A stretch of DNA of 64,000 bases. Source: a virus. Its lineage: Duplodnaviria; Heunggongvirae; Uroviricota; Caudoviricetes. The stretch lies in IMG/VR virus record IMGVR_UViG_3300024270_000054. One strand, 5' to 3'. Below the pieces are notes generated by a model. The model made no database searches and was not told the DNA's origin. It saw only the letters and a program-made list of their open reading frames with translations. Positions 8,439 through 17,147 of the stretch are shown here, piece by piece. How positions within the stretch are numbered: position 1 is the first letter of the stretch; each line of letters opens with the position of its first letter. The translations under genes were made by a program, and so were the position numbers.

Positions 8439-8515
8439 CTCAGTTTGGTAGAGCGCGTGCTTTGGGAGCATGAAGTCGGGGGTTCGAATCCCTTCACTCA
8501 GACCATTTGCAGCAG
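8439..8515 (+). tRNA. tRNA-Pro (anticodon TGG)
   Basis: Acceptor ctgggtg/cactcag (one G:U), D-arm tagctcagtttggtagagc, anticodon loop ttTGGga, T-arm gggggttcgaatccctt, CCA encoded. Confidence 0.8.
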
Positions 8516-8518
8516 TAG

Positions 8519-8592
8519 TTTACTGGTAAAATAGGAGACTTCCACTCTTCGGAAACGGGTTCGATTCCCGCCTGCTGCACCAACGCGCCCTG
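8519..8592 (+). tRNA. tRNA-Gly (anticodon TCC)
   Basis: Acceptor gcagcag/ctgctgc, anticodon stem ggaga/tcttc with loop ctTCCac, T-arm cgggttcgattcccg, CCA encoded. Confidence 0.65.
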
Positions 8593-9164
8593 TCTGCCGC
8601 TCAGTGGCGCATGAATAAGTAAGATCAAGCGGCGGTGTCCAGACATCACAATAATCCGAAAGAGATGCCGGGCTCAGGGAACCGGAGTGGCGGGATGGAG
8701 CCGATAAACCCATTCCAGTGCTGGGACGTATGACCTCAGATAGTTGGCGGACAACGAAAAAATCTGGAATTTGCTCGATCTGGCTGCGAGTAAGATCAGC
8801 GTCTGATTGGCGATTTATGCCGACGGACAGCAGATTGAGGCTTGCAGAGAATTGCGGATGCTGCTGCATGTGTGTCTGCGAGGGCGAAAGCTTCAATATA
8901 TGATGCGATACAGGACTAACCAGATCATGACACCGTATCGAATCCACCACAGGATCTTAATGGATGAATCGGATACGACGCATGCAGGGCGTTGTGGTGA
9001 AAAGTTCCGAGGGTAAACATGGATTGCCTCTTGTCGTGTGGCAGAGGAGGGCAAAGAACGAGGCGTGGGCGAAGTCGATCTCTGATCATCATGTCGAAGC
9101 TTCGCGTGTATGCGGCAGGCCAAGTTGCAATCCTTGTTTACTTGTAAATCAGTTTTGTTTATTT

Positions 9165-9240
9165 GCTGGCGTAGCTCAATTGGCAGAGCAGCGGATTTGT
9201 AATCCGCAGGTTGTGGGTTCGACTCCCTTCGCCAGCTCCA
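9165..9240 (+). tRNA. tRNA-Thr (anticodon TGT)
   Basis: Acceptor gctggcg/cgccagc, D-arm tagctcaattggcagagc, anticodon stem gcgga/tccgc with loop ttTGTaa, T-arm gtgggttcgactccctt, CCA encoded. Confidence 0.85.
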
Positions 9241-9268
9241 GAAATAAATAACATCGGAGGTACACATT

Positions 9269-9406
9269 ATGGCATTCATCGAATCAGTCAAGGCGCGAAT
9301 CAATCTGCTTGAGCAGCGCGATCCCGTTGTCAATGCGCGAATCATTGGCAAGCTGAAGCGAAAGCTGAGGAAGCTTGAAGCTCTGGAAGCGGTGACGTGC
9401 GAATGA
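9269..9406 (+). CDS. hypothetical small protein (45 aa)
   Basis: GGAGG RBS 8 nt before ATG. Not in the ORF table because it is below the length cutoff. Confidence 0.4.
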   Translation: MAFIESVKARINLLEQRDPVVNARIIGKLKRKLRKLEALEAVTCE

Positions 9407-9525
9407 ACGATTTTGCAATCGCATGCGCAATGGTTACCGGAGTGGTTGCCCTTGCGTGCATGGTCAATCGATTCTTTCCATCTGATTATCACAAGCAGAT
9501 CGAAGAAAAGTACAAAGGAGAGTAA
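9403..9525 (+). CDS. hypothetical small membrane protein (40 aa)
   Basis: ATGA start/stop overlap with the upstream ORF. One hydrophobic helix. Confidence 0.35.
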   Translation: MNDFAIACAMVTGVVALACMVNRFFPSDYHKQIEEKYKGE

Positions 9526-9533
9526 GTAGTCAT

Positions 9534-9719
9534 ATGCCTGTGTTCTGGTTTCTGGCATTTCTTGGGCTGATTGTCCTATGGTTCCTTCTCGCATTTGCGT
9601 ATAAGGCAATCGGCAGATTCTTTAAGCGGATATTCAAGGATTCCTACGATGCTATGACGTCGGAAGATCCAAAGGATATATCAATCACAAACGAAAATGA
9701 CGGAGGTAAAGAAGAATGA
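9534..9719 (+). CDS. small membrane protein
   Basis: 61 aa with an N-terminal TM helix FWFLAFLGLIVLWFLLAF. Confidence 0.5.
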   Translation: MPVFWFLAFLGLIVLWFLLAFAYKAIGRFFKRIFKDSYDAMTSEDPKDISITNENDGGKEE

Positions 9720-10648
9720 ATAGTGGAAAAATTGGCGGCATCCTGCTTGCTGTGATTCTTGTGATCATTGCTGGCGTGCTTATCGGCTGTGCAGTACGCA
9801 TTCCTGCTGGATACGTCGGTATTGTCTATGACATGAACGGCGGCGTTGGCGATGAAGTTCTCACGCAGGGCTGGAAGCTGGTCGCTCCGACGAAGAAGGT
9901 AACGACGTACACCATCGGCCTTGAGCAGTCTGGTCTCACGGCGGAGTCTACACAGGATTCCTCTGGCGATGAGTCGTTTAACATTCCGACCAGCGATGGT
10001 AAGACGGTGAATGTCAGCCTTGAGTTCTCGTACTATTTTGATAGCGAGCGGATTGCCGACACATTTAAGCTCTTCAAGGGACAGTCTGGCGAGTCGATCA
10101 AGACCACGTTTATTAAGCCGAAGATCAAGGCATGGACACAGGAAGTTTCTGCCAATCATCCGGTTGCCGATATCTTCGGCGATCAGCGAACGGTGATTAA
10201 CAATGAGCTGGATATTCACCTGAAGGAGAAGTTTGACCAGTACGGCATCATTATCGATACGGTGAACTTCACAGATATCCGCGTGGATGAAGAGACTGCA
10301 AAGGCTATTCAGCAGAAGGTCAACGCACAGCAGGAACAGGAACTTGCGCGTATTCAGTCTGAGACTGCAAGGATTCAGGCAGAGAAGGATAAGCAGGTTG
10401 CTCTAATTGCGGCGGAAAAGGAAAAAGATGTGGCCTCTGTGAATGCAGAGCGTCAGATCATCGCTGCGCAGGCCGAGGCAGATGCGCTGATGATTCAGGC
10501 AGGAGCCGAAGCGGATGCGAACAAGCTGATTGCCGCATCTCTCACGCCGGAGCTGATCGAGAAGATTAAGTACGAGCGATGGGATGGCGCAATGCCGAAG
10601 GTGTCTGGCGGCATGCCGATTATCGATATCGGCGACGTGGGAGAGTAA
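9716..10648 (+). CDS. SPFH/Band-7 (prohibitin/stomatin-like) domain protein with a C-terminal coiled coil
   Basis: N-terminal TM segment, then GYVGIVYDMNGG...LTQGWKLVAP, typical of the SPFH core. Long Ala/Glu/Gln-rich coiled-coil C-terminus. Confidence 0.6.
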   Translation: MNSGKIGGILLAVILVIIAGVLIGCAVRIPAGYVGIVYDMNGGVGDEVLTQGWKLVAPTKKVTTYTIGLEQSGLTAESTQDSSGDESFNIPTSDGKTVNVSLEFSYYFDSERIADTFKLFKGQSGESIKTTFIKPKIKAWTQEVSANHPVADIFGDQRTVINNELDIHLKEKFDQYGIIIDTVNFTDIRVDEETAKAIQQKVNAQQEQELARIQSETARIQAEKDKQVALIAAEKEKDVASVNAERQIIAAQAEADALMIQAGAEADANKLIAASLTPELIEKIKYERWDGAMPKVSGGMPIIDIGDVGE

Positions 10649-10692
10649 TCTTCCACATAGACACTTGCCCGCTTCCCCTGCGGGCATTTCAC

Positions 10693-10782
10693 GGGGAGTT
10701 ACCCAAGCGGCTGAAGGGGGCGGTCTTGAAAACCGCTAGGCGGCAACCCCGCGCAAGGGTTCAAATCCCTTACTCCCCGCCA
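10693..10782 (+). tRNA. tRNA-Ser (anticodon TGA), type II
   Basis: Acceptor ggggagt/actcccc, anticodon stem gcggt/accgc with loop ctTGAaa, long variable arm, T-arm agggttcaaatccct, CCA encoded. Confidence 0.8.
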
Positions 10783-10789
10783 TTTTCTT

Positions 10790-10875
10790 GCCGGACTGGT
10801 CGGAACTGGCAGACGCGGCGGATTCAAAATCCGTTGTCTTATGACGTGTGGGTTCAAGTCCCACGTCCGGCACCA
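10790..10875 (+). tRNA. tRNA-Leu (anticodon CAA), type II
   Basis: Acceptor gccggac/gtccggc, anticodon stem gcgga/tccgt with loop ttCAAaa, variable arm, T-arm tgggttcaagtccca, CCA encoded. Confidence 0.8.
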
Positions 10876-10995
10876 TATATAGAGAAGCTACGAAAACATT
10901 GGATGGATAAGCGCATGAAAGACTTGGCGGCTCAGACAGACCAGCCTCGCATAGTGTCTGTCGATTCCGATGATTGCGCAGCTTCTCTTTTGTTT

Positions 10996-11069
10996 GCAGA
11001 CATGGTGTAGTGGAAACATATCTGATTCCCATTCAGAGGATGCGGGTTCGATTCCCGTTGTTTGCACCA
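10996..11069 (+). tRNA. tRNA-Gly (anticodon CCC)
   Basis: Acceptor gcagaca/tgtttgc (one G:U), anticodon stem tctga/tcaga with loop ttCCCat, T-arm gcgggttcgattcccgt, CCA encoded. Confidence 0.7.
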
Positions 11070-11111
11070 TTGTGCGTGGCACAAAAAAGATAAGAAAAGA
11101 GGAAATAAACT

Positions 11112-11819
11112 ATGTATATGGATAAGAAAAGGCTCCCGTTTAATGAATCCGCTATCTCTTGTACAAATGCGGAATCTGTCTCCAATGCGGTTGCTATTTC
11201 AAGGTCTGATTCCGCGATGAGTTGCGCATCAGAAAGCTCCTATTCAAATCTTCTTGAACGTCATAATCGTGAAGTGGAAAGCGCGGCAACGAAGCATTAC
11301 GAAAATGGCATGCAGTCGGATACCAAGTGCAAGATCGTCTATGAGGATGGCAAGATTAGCGTGCTCAAGCACCTTAGCACTCATATTACAAGGCATATTT
11401 GCATCATGTCTGACATCAAATCGATCAAGGTGTATAACGACAAGCACGGCAATCAGAAGTCGATGACTATGGCCTTTAACAATGGCGTAAGTGTTACTGC
11501 CTCCGTGGATGATATGGATGTATTCTCCATGGATCAGGGCATCACCATTTGCTTGCTGAAGTATATGCTGAACAGAGCTTCGGAAGGCTGCGAAACCTCT
11601 ATCTATAATAAGCTTGTGAAGCACGCCAATCGCGTCTATGAAAATGGCGTGCGTGAAGAGGAAGCGGCGAAGGAAGAAGCCAAGCGCCTTGAGGCAAAGC
11701 ATAAGAAGCTTGCCGCAAAGAAACAGCGCCGTAAGGCCAAGAAGCGCGAATACGAGATTGAACTTCGTAAGGAAGCATATATTCGCGCAATGAACGAAAT
11801 GCAGAACAAGCCGCTATGA
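11112..11819 (+). CDS. hypothetical protein with a basic coiled-coil C-terminus
   Basis: AAGAGGAAA RBS. 235 aa. C-terminal KEEAKRLEAKHKKLAAKKQRRKAKKRE. Confidence 0.55.
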   Translation: MYMDKKRLPFNESAISCTNAESVSNAVAISRSDSAMSCASESSYSNLLERHNREVESAATKHYENGMQSDTKCKIVYEDGKISVLKHLSTHITRHICIMSDIKSIKVYNDKHGNQKSMTMAFNNGVSVTASVDDMDVFSMDQGITICLLKYMLNRASEGCETSIYNKLVKHANRVYENGVREEEAAKEEAKRLEAKHKKLAAKKQRRKAKKREYEIELRKEAYIRAMNEMQNKPL

Positions 11820-12577
11820 TCTATGTAACGGGCGATTGCCACGGCGATTTTACAAGGTTCAATACCAGATTCTTCCCAGACCAAAAAGAAATGACCAAGG
11901 ATGATTTTGTGATCGTCCTTGGCGACTTTGGTTTGTGGCATCCATGCAAGAGCGAATCTTATTGGCTGAAGTGGCTTAGTAACAAGCCGTTTACCACACT
12001 GTTTGTCGATGGCAACCATGAGAATTTCGATAGGCTATATAGCGATGAGTTCCCGATTGTTGATTTTCATGGCGGTAAAGCGCATAAGATCGCGGATAGC
12101 GTATATCACCTGATGCGTGGTTATGTGTTTACCTTGCAGGGCAAGACATTTTTTGCCTTTGGCGGAGCCAGCAGCCATGATATTGACGATGGTATTCTGG
12201 ATGAAAAGGATTTCCCAAGTAGACGAGCCTTTATCAAGACGTGCGCAAAGATGAACGATCTGAACAAGAAATTCAGAGTCAATCATATGGATTGGTGGGA
12301 GCAGGAGCTTCCAAGTGCTAAGGAAATAAATCGTAGTCTAATTTCCTTAAAGCAACATGATAACCGCGTTGATTTTGTCATTACGCATTGTCTTCCGCAG
12401 GATATTGCATCACTTATTTCAGGTGGGCAGTATAAGTCGGATCGTCTAACGTCATATTTTCTTTCCATTTCGCGTAAATTGCAGTTTGATCAGTGGTATT
12501 GCGGACATTATCATAAGGATTTGCGCATTTTCTGTACATATAATGTTTTGTATCGCCGGATTATGCGTATCGTATAG
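11816..12577 (+). CDS. calcineurin-like metallophosphoesterase (Ser/Thr phosphatase family)
   Basis: Motifs GDCHGD, LGDFG and VDGNHENF (GDxHG / GDxxD / GNHE). Confidence 0.8.
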   Translation: MIYVTGDCHGDFTRFNTRFFPDQKEMTKDDFVIVLGDFGLWHPCKSESYWLKWLSNKPFTTLFVDGNHENFDRLYSDEFPIVDFHGGKAHKIADSVYHLMRGYVFTLQGKTFFAFGGASSHDIDDGILDEKDFPSRRAFIKTCAKMNDLNKKFRVNHMDWWEQELPSAKEINRSLISLKQHDNRVDFVITHCLPQDIASLISGGQYKSDRLTSYFLSISRKLQFDQWYCGHYHKDLRIFCTYNVLYRRIMRIV

Positions 12578-12588
12578 GAGTAATTTCT

Positions 12589-13089
12589 ATGGATGAAAAA
12601 CGTGTTCCATGTTGCCCATTTTGCGGCGGCAAGTTCAGAATTGTTGTCTGCGATTATATAGGGAATATCAAAGAAGACCCAGATAAATACCTGAAAAATC
12701 CTTGGTCTGGACTGTCATTCGCAATTCAGCACGAAGAGCAGGATGTGCCGGATGATGTGAAATGCCCTATCGCATCGCATGAAGGTGACAACTCTACACA
12801 GGGGATTTGGCTATATGATACGCAGGATGACGCGATTGATGCACTGATGGTGCGCCCGCCGCAAAAACCTCTGACGCTTGAACAGGCGCTTGCATCCGAT
12901 CATGTCTATCTGCAAAATTTGGACAAGCCTTTTATGGATGAGGAATATCCTGTTCTCCTTGAGGATCAGCCAGAAACTGAATTCGTCGCATATTGGCGGT
13001 ATGGAATTGGCGTGCTCAATCGGTTCGTGCGGCGTAGCGAATATGGAAGAAAATGGATCTGCTGGGCAAATAAACCAGAGAAGAATTGA
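12589..13089 (+). CDS. hypothetical protein with an N-terminal CxxC zinc ribbon
   Basis: CCPFCGG at the N-terminus. 166 aa. Confidence 0.5.
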   Translation: MDEKRVPCCPFCGGKFRIVVCDYIGNIKEDPDKYLKNPWSGLSFAIQHEEQDVPDDVKCPIASHEGDNSTQGIWLYDTQDDAIDALMVRPPQKPLTLEQALASDHVYLQNLDKPFMDEEYPVLLEDQPETEFVAYWRYGIGVLNRFVRRSEYGRKWICWANKPEKN

Positions 13090-13107
13090 CGATGAGGGAG
13101 GCAGCTT

Positions 13108-13488
13108 ATGGGTACGTTCAGAGTGATCATTGCAGGAACACGGACGTTCAACGACTATGAATTGCTGAAAGCGTATTGCGATAAGAAGCTTTCAAGAATG
13201 TGTATCGACCATAAGATTGTCATTGTCAGTGGTCATGCGAGGGGCGCTGATATGCTGGGCGAGCGATATGCGCAGGAAAGCGGTTATGAGGCAAGATTAT
13301 ATCCCGCTTATTGGGATATCTATGGTAAATCCGCTGGTATCCGCCGCAATGTCAAGATGGCCGAGAATGCAGATGCACTCATTGCTTTCTGGGATGAAAA
13401 GTCTACTGGCACAAAGCACATGATTGCTGAGGCAAAGCGGCGCGGCCTGATGGTTGCCGTCAAGCTTTATGGAAAGGGTTCAGAGTAA
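13108..13488 (+). CDS. DUF2493 / SLOG-family (DprA/LOG-like Rossmann) protein
   Basis: VIIAGTR...VSGHARGADMLGERYA...YPAYWDIYGKSAGIRRN...ADALIAFWDEKSTGTKHMI matches the DUF2493 pattern. Confidence 0.55.
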   Translation: MGTFRVIIAGTRTFNDYELLKAYCDKKLSRMCIDHKIVIVSGHARGADMLGERYAQESGYEARLYPAYWDIYGKSAGIRRNVKMAENADALIAFWDEKSTGTKHMIAEAKRRGLMVAVKLYGKGSE

Positions 13489-13640
13489 TGGAAGAAATCT
13501 ATTGGATTGAAGATAAAGTACCGTTTTGCAATGTATGCCCAAGGTGCAAAGCGGTTGTGGATAGAGGCAGCGTCAGGAGAAGGGGAACGCTGAATTTCTG
13601 CCCGAATTGCGGCATTCCGCTGAAAAGGAGCGATGAATGA
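13488..13640 (+). CDS. small zinc-ribbon protein (50 aa)
   Basis: CNVCPRC...CPNC. ATG overlaps the upstream stop. Confidence 0.4.
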   Translation: MEEIYWIEDKVPFCNVCPRCKAVVDRGSVRRRGTLNFCPNCGIPLKRSDE

Positions 13641-13828
13641 TGAGAAAAATTGTTGTGGAGATCCCGGATAATGTGGGATGCATCTTTGTTAATTCTGTTT
13701 ACTTGGATGAAGAAGGGTTTAAGATGCGTAGTGATGGCTATGGCACAACGGATATTGAGAGGATGACGGATGAGTATGTACAATTGTCCAAGGTGCGGGA
13801 CGCTTCTGACTATGCATCTGAGCTATAA
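13637..13828 (+). CDS. hypothetical protein
   Basis: 63 aa ORF, coupled to the upstream gene. Confidence 0.45.
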   Translation: MMRKIVVEIPDNVGCIFVNSVYLDEEGFKMRSDGYGTTDIERMTDEYVQLSKVRDASDYASEL

Positions 13829-13954
13829 CATTCCCGTGTGGAAGTGCAGCCATTGCGGATATGTACCTGAAATCGTGTATACGTCAAATACAAGGGTAAA
13901 CTATTACCCGTCTTACAATCAGGGAAGTACAAGCGCTATGTAGGAGATACGATC

Positions 13955-14734
13955 ATGATTAAACCCATTTTGTTCAATACGCAGATGGTCGCCGCCATTG
14001 TAGATGGTAAGAAAACGGTGACGCGAAGAATCGCAAAAGAGCTGTGTGATGATGAGATCGTCAAGGTCATCCCGCCGGATGGCACACCGGGCAAACATGG
14101 TATCAATGTGTATCGTGGTATTCTGCCGGATAGGGGAGACGGTAATACTTATTGTGTCGAAGCGCCGCCTCCGTTTGCCGTGGGCGATATTCTCTATGTG
14201 CGCGAAACGTTTGCCCGTGGCCGTATCGAAATGACTGATGAGCCGGATGGTTATCCCGGTCAGTATTACATTTCTCAGTGCCTTGGCGAGAATGATATCA
14301 TCTTTAAAGAAGCGGCAATCCGGCATGATTTCGGCATGGATGATGTTGTCTGGACTCCATCCATTCATATGCCCAAGTGGGCGGCTCGCCTTTTCCTTCG
14401 CGTGAAAAGCGTCAAATTGTATCATTTAAATGATATGACCGAAGAAGATGCAATCGCGGAAGGGTTTGAAGATCGTAAAGCAGGAGAAGATTCTCCGCTT
14501 GAGCGCTTCTCCGAGCTTTGGGATACGACGATTAAACCCGTCGAAATCGACAGGTTTGGCTGGTATGCAAATCCGTGGGTGTGGGCTGTGGAGTTTGAGC
14601 GCACGGAAGAACCCGATGGTTGGTGCGATTTGGCTCCGACGAATGGCAAGCCGTCAGATGTAATCGTAACACCGGACTGGCTTTTGAATCCCGAAGAGGA
14701 GGTGTTGATCAGTGGAAACGTCCAATCGGAATGA
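13955..14734 (+). CDS. hypothetical protein with an N-terminal ASCH/PUA-like segment
   Basis: ILFNTQMVAAIVDGKKTVTRR resembles the ASCH-domain N-terminal strand. Confidence 0.45.
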   Translation: MIKPILFNTQMVAAIVDGKKTVTRRIAKELCDDEIVKVIPPDGTPGKHGINVYRGILPDRGDGNTYCVEAPPPFAVGDILYVRETFARGRIEMTDEPDGYPGQYYISQCLGENDIIFKEAAIRHDFGMDDVVWTPSIHMPKWAARLFLRVKSVKLYHLNDMTEEDAIAEGFEDRKAGEDSPLERFSELWDTTIKPVEIDRFGWYANPWVWAVEFERTEEPDGWCDLAPTNGKPSDVIVTPDWLLNPEEEVLISGNVQSE

Positions 14735-15167
14735 TGTACAAGAGCAACTTGACCGGGTTGGCATGTCTGTAAAGGATCTTCCAACAGGAATGCAAATCCT
14801 GTGCAATACGGAATCCTTTAATGCACTGTGTAAGCGGATTACAGATATGATGGAAGCAAGCGATATGGGCAATATCTTTGTGTTTGCCTGTCATCAGACG
14901 CAGGCCATCGATCTTCTGACACAGGCGCTCAAGTATGCATGCGATCAGAGAGATGCTTTGGTAAGCATGATGTCTAAGAGCCGTGGTCGATGTGAATTCT
15001 GCGCTTGGAATGAGGGCGTTCAGACATGGGATGTATGCCCGTATGAATATTCTCATGCATGCCATATTGGTATTGCTGATTATTGGGAAATGAACAAAGC
15101 GCTTAGAAAGATTATGCTCAGAAAGGATATGCAGCCATGCTCTACACAACCTATTTTGCAAATGTGA
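14712..15167 (+). CDS. hypothetical Cys-rich protein
   Basis: 151 aa ORF, coupled. Confidence 0.45.
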   Translation: METSNRNDVQEQLDRVGMSVKDLPTGMQILCNTESFNALCKRITDMMEASDMGNIFVFACHQTQAIDLLTQALKYACDQRDALVSMMSKSRGRCEFCAWNEGVQTWDVCPYEYSHACHIGIADYWEMNKALRKIMLRKDMQPCSTQPILQM

Positions 15168-15502
15168 AAAAGCTCCCGCCGGATATTATCCCCATCAGTA
15201 TTTGCGGGAAAGCGCCGGGTGGATACAAGGGTTTGCAGTATAAGACGCTCGCGCCTATGTATGCGTTCTTCCAGAAATGGAAGGAAACCAGAGACAACCA
15301 TTACTACGTGCAATGCTATAACGAGCAGGTGCTGCTGATGCTTGATGCAAACCGCGTTCTTGAAGAACTGAAAGCTTTGTCTGGCGGCGCTGAGAATATC
15401 GCGCTTGTCTGCTACGAGAAGCCGGAGGATTTCTGTCATCGTCATTTGGTCGCTAACTGGTTTAGAGAGAATGGCATTCAGATTAAAGAGTGGGGTACGT
15501 AA
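15137..15502 (+). CDS. DUF488-family protein
   Basis: YTTYFAN...VCYEKPEDFCHRHLVANWF matches the DUF488 pattern with conserved E..P..CHR. Confidence 0.5.
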   Translation: MLYTTYFANVKKLPPDIIPISICGKAPGGYKGLQYKTLAPMYAFFQKWKETRDNHYYVQCYNEQVLLMLDANRVLEELKALSGGAENIALVCYEKPEDFCHRHLVANWFRENGIQIKEWGT

Positions 15503-15515
15503 GAAGGAGGATTAT

Positions 15516-15683
15516 ATGCTTGCAGTTCTTGAATTCATTTTTCAGGATTTCTGGCATTGGGCGGGTGCGCTGGTGCTGGTGTCCGTAATCGTATCGCCGC
15601 TTGGCGGTGCGCTGATTAGCTGCAATATCAATAGCAGCAAGAACACACAGAAGGAAGAAATAAGCAATGATTGTAAGAGCTAA
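15516..15683 (+). CDS. small membrane protein
   Basis: AAGGAGGA RBS. TM helix WAGALVLVSVIVSPLGGALI. Confidence 0.5.
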   Translation: MLAVLEFIFQDFWHWAGALVLVSVIVSPLGGALISCNINSSKNTQKEEISNDCKS

Positions 15684-15816
15684 ATTGCTGCCCATGCCGA
15701 ACAATGGGCGAATATCTCAGTGCTCCTGCTGTGGTGGCGGAGTGGACACATCAACGCAGCCAATCAGTTGCCCATGGTGTAATGCTTGGCTGAGTAAGGT
15801 TAGTAAGGAGGATAAG

Positions 15817-16080
15817 ATGTCTATGGATATTGGCGGCGCAGTAAAGGCGCTGAAGGATGGTAAGCGTGTAACTCGTTCGGCTTGGCATGCTGGCATGTTT
15901 GTGTATTATGTGCCTGCCTCGCGGTATGATGCGTATACCGATGCTGGAAAATCGATTGCCGGAGATGATGGAAAGGTCGCTTATAATGCTTATCTTGCAG
16001 CAAAATCTAACCATAGCGCTGTGAATGTGTGGTTCCCGGCCTTGGCGGATATTCTTGCCGACGATTGGCATATTGTGTAA
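15817..16080 (+). CDS. DUF2829-family phage protein
   Basis: AVKALKDGKRVTRSAWHAGMFVYYVP...VWFPALADILADDWHIV matches the DUF2829 consensus. AAGGAGGA RBS. Confidence 0.6.
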   Translation: MSMDIGGAVKALKDGKRVTRSAWHAGMFVYYVPASRYDAYTDAGKSIAGDDGKVAYNAYLAAKSNHSAVNVWFPALADILADDWHIV

Positions 16081-16112
16081 GGGGAAATGCATAATTTCCC
16101 CTTTTAAAATAA

Positions 16113-16155
16113 TGCAGAAAAAGTATTGACAGAATATAATGTCTGGAGTTATACT
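16113..16155 (+). promoter_or_regulatory. promoter carrying the conserved motif (GCAGAAAAAGTA-TTGACA-18nt-TATACT); its spacer shares AATGTCTGGAG with the promoter at 19951
   Basis: TTGACA at 16126-16131 and TATACT at 16150-16155. Confidence 0.55.
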
Positions 16156-16238
16156 TTTATCAGTTGAAAGCCCCAAAGTTTGGGACGTACAAACTGAAAT
16201 ATCGTAGATAAAAACACTGTTTTATCGTCAAAAGAAGG

Positions 16239-16466
16239 GTGGAGCCTATGGAATGGACTGAAAAGCGTTTTGTGCCGGATCTAAATCATACGAAGGTGGC
16301 AGACGGTTATGAAAACGTGTGCGAATCCTGTGCCGATTGGGGAAGGGCGTGTGAAACATGCGGCGCTTGTGTTCCTCTGATCAATGGACGATATAAAACA
16401 GAAGAACAGAAGTTTGTCCAGCATACACTTTGCGGCATTCCGGTTGGCGTGCCGTGTGCAATCTGA
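16239..16466 (+). CDS. hypothetical Cys-rich small protein
   Basis: 75 aa with an upstream GGTGGAG RBS. Confidence 0.5.
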   Translation: MEPMEWTEKRFVPDLNHTKVADGYENVCESCADWGRACETCGACVPLINGRYKTEEQKFVQHTLCGIPVGVPCAI

Positions 16467-16486
16467 TAAAGGAGAGAAAAGCGTTT

Positions 16487-16669
16487 ATGAATCATGTAAT
16501 GGCATATGTTCTTATGGCATGTGGATGTTGGAATATTTTTTTCGGCTTGTCTTGTAATACAGCCGATATGAAAACAGCGGTATATGGTAAAGTGATTCCA
16601 TTTTTTACAGGTTGCGCCGTTTGCCTGTGTGCGATGAATATTCTTGGATGGGTGAATATCTTCGCCTGA
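16487..16669 (+). CDS. small membrane protein
   Basis: AAAGGAGAG RBS. Two hydrophobic segments. Confidence 0.45.
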   Translation: MNHVMAYVLMACGCWNIFFGLSCNTADMKTAVYGKVIPFFTGCAVCLCAMNILGWVNIFA

Positions 16670-16688
16670 TGAAAGGAGAAACAACATA

Positions 16689-17138
16689 ATGACGCTTGAA
16701 GTTTTGCAAAAAGAAATGATCGCCGCCATGAAGTCCGGCGAAAAGTTCCGTAAGTCCGTACTTTCCGATATCATTGCGTCCGTCAAGAAGGTTGCGCTTG
16801 ATAAGGGATGCCGTGATGACGTTTCAGAATCTCTTGTCGATGAAGTGCTCATCAAATACAAGAAGACTGTTCAGGAGATGATCGACACCTGCCCCGGTGA
16901 GCGTGTTGAAACCATGGCGGAGTATGTTCGTCAGTTCGATATTGTCGATGAGTTTGCGCCCAAGCTGATTGACGACGAAGAGAAGATCCGTCAGCTTATC
17001 GTTGGCATTGCCTTGCAGCTCAATATCCAGCTTGAGAAGAAGAATCGTGGGCTGCTGATGAAATCGCTGTCCGCCGAGCTGAAGGGGAAAGCGGATATGG
17101 CTGTTGTCAGCAAGGTTGCCTCTCAGCTTTTGCAGTGA
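16689..17138 (+). CDS. GatB/YqeY-domain protein
   Basis: N-terminal MTLEVLQKEMIAAMKSGEKFRKSVLSDIIASVKKVALDKG follows the YqeY pattern. Confidence 0.6.
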   Translation: MTLEVLQKEMIAAMKSGEKFRKSVLSDIIASVKKVALDKGCRDDVSESLVDEVLIKYKKTVQEMIDTCPGERVETMAEYVRQFDIVDEFAPKLIDDEEKIRQLIVGIALQLNIQLEKKNRGLLMKSLSAELKGKADMAVVSKVASQLLQ

Positions 17139-17147
17139 GGTGGCCTG

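Noticed and set aside
8600-9160. tmRNA
   Set aside because: No tag-peptide reading frame ending in a hydrophobic-residue stop, and no 3' tRNA-like T-arm or CCA within the gap.
8893-9609. 238-aa minus-strand ORF and plus-strand ORF 8964-9251
   Set aside because: They cross tRNA-Thr and the ncRNA-like gap and conflict with small plus-strand genes that have RBSs. Judged spurious.
10579-11010. 143-aa plus-strand ORF, including a possible 35-aa MDKRMKDLAAQTDQPRIVSVDSDDCAASLLFADMV mini-ORF at about 10889
   Set aside because: The long ORF spans tRNA-Ser and tRNA-Leu. The mini-ORF overlaps the start of tRNA-Gly and has no RBS.
2532-11069. Suppressor tRNA or alternative genetic code
   Set aside because: None of the 14 tRNA anticodons is CTA, TCA or TTA. 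Long ORFs such as dnaE and nrdD are uninterrupted under the standard code.
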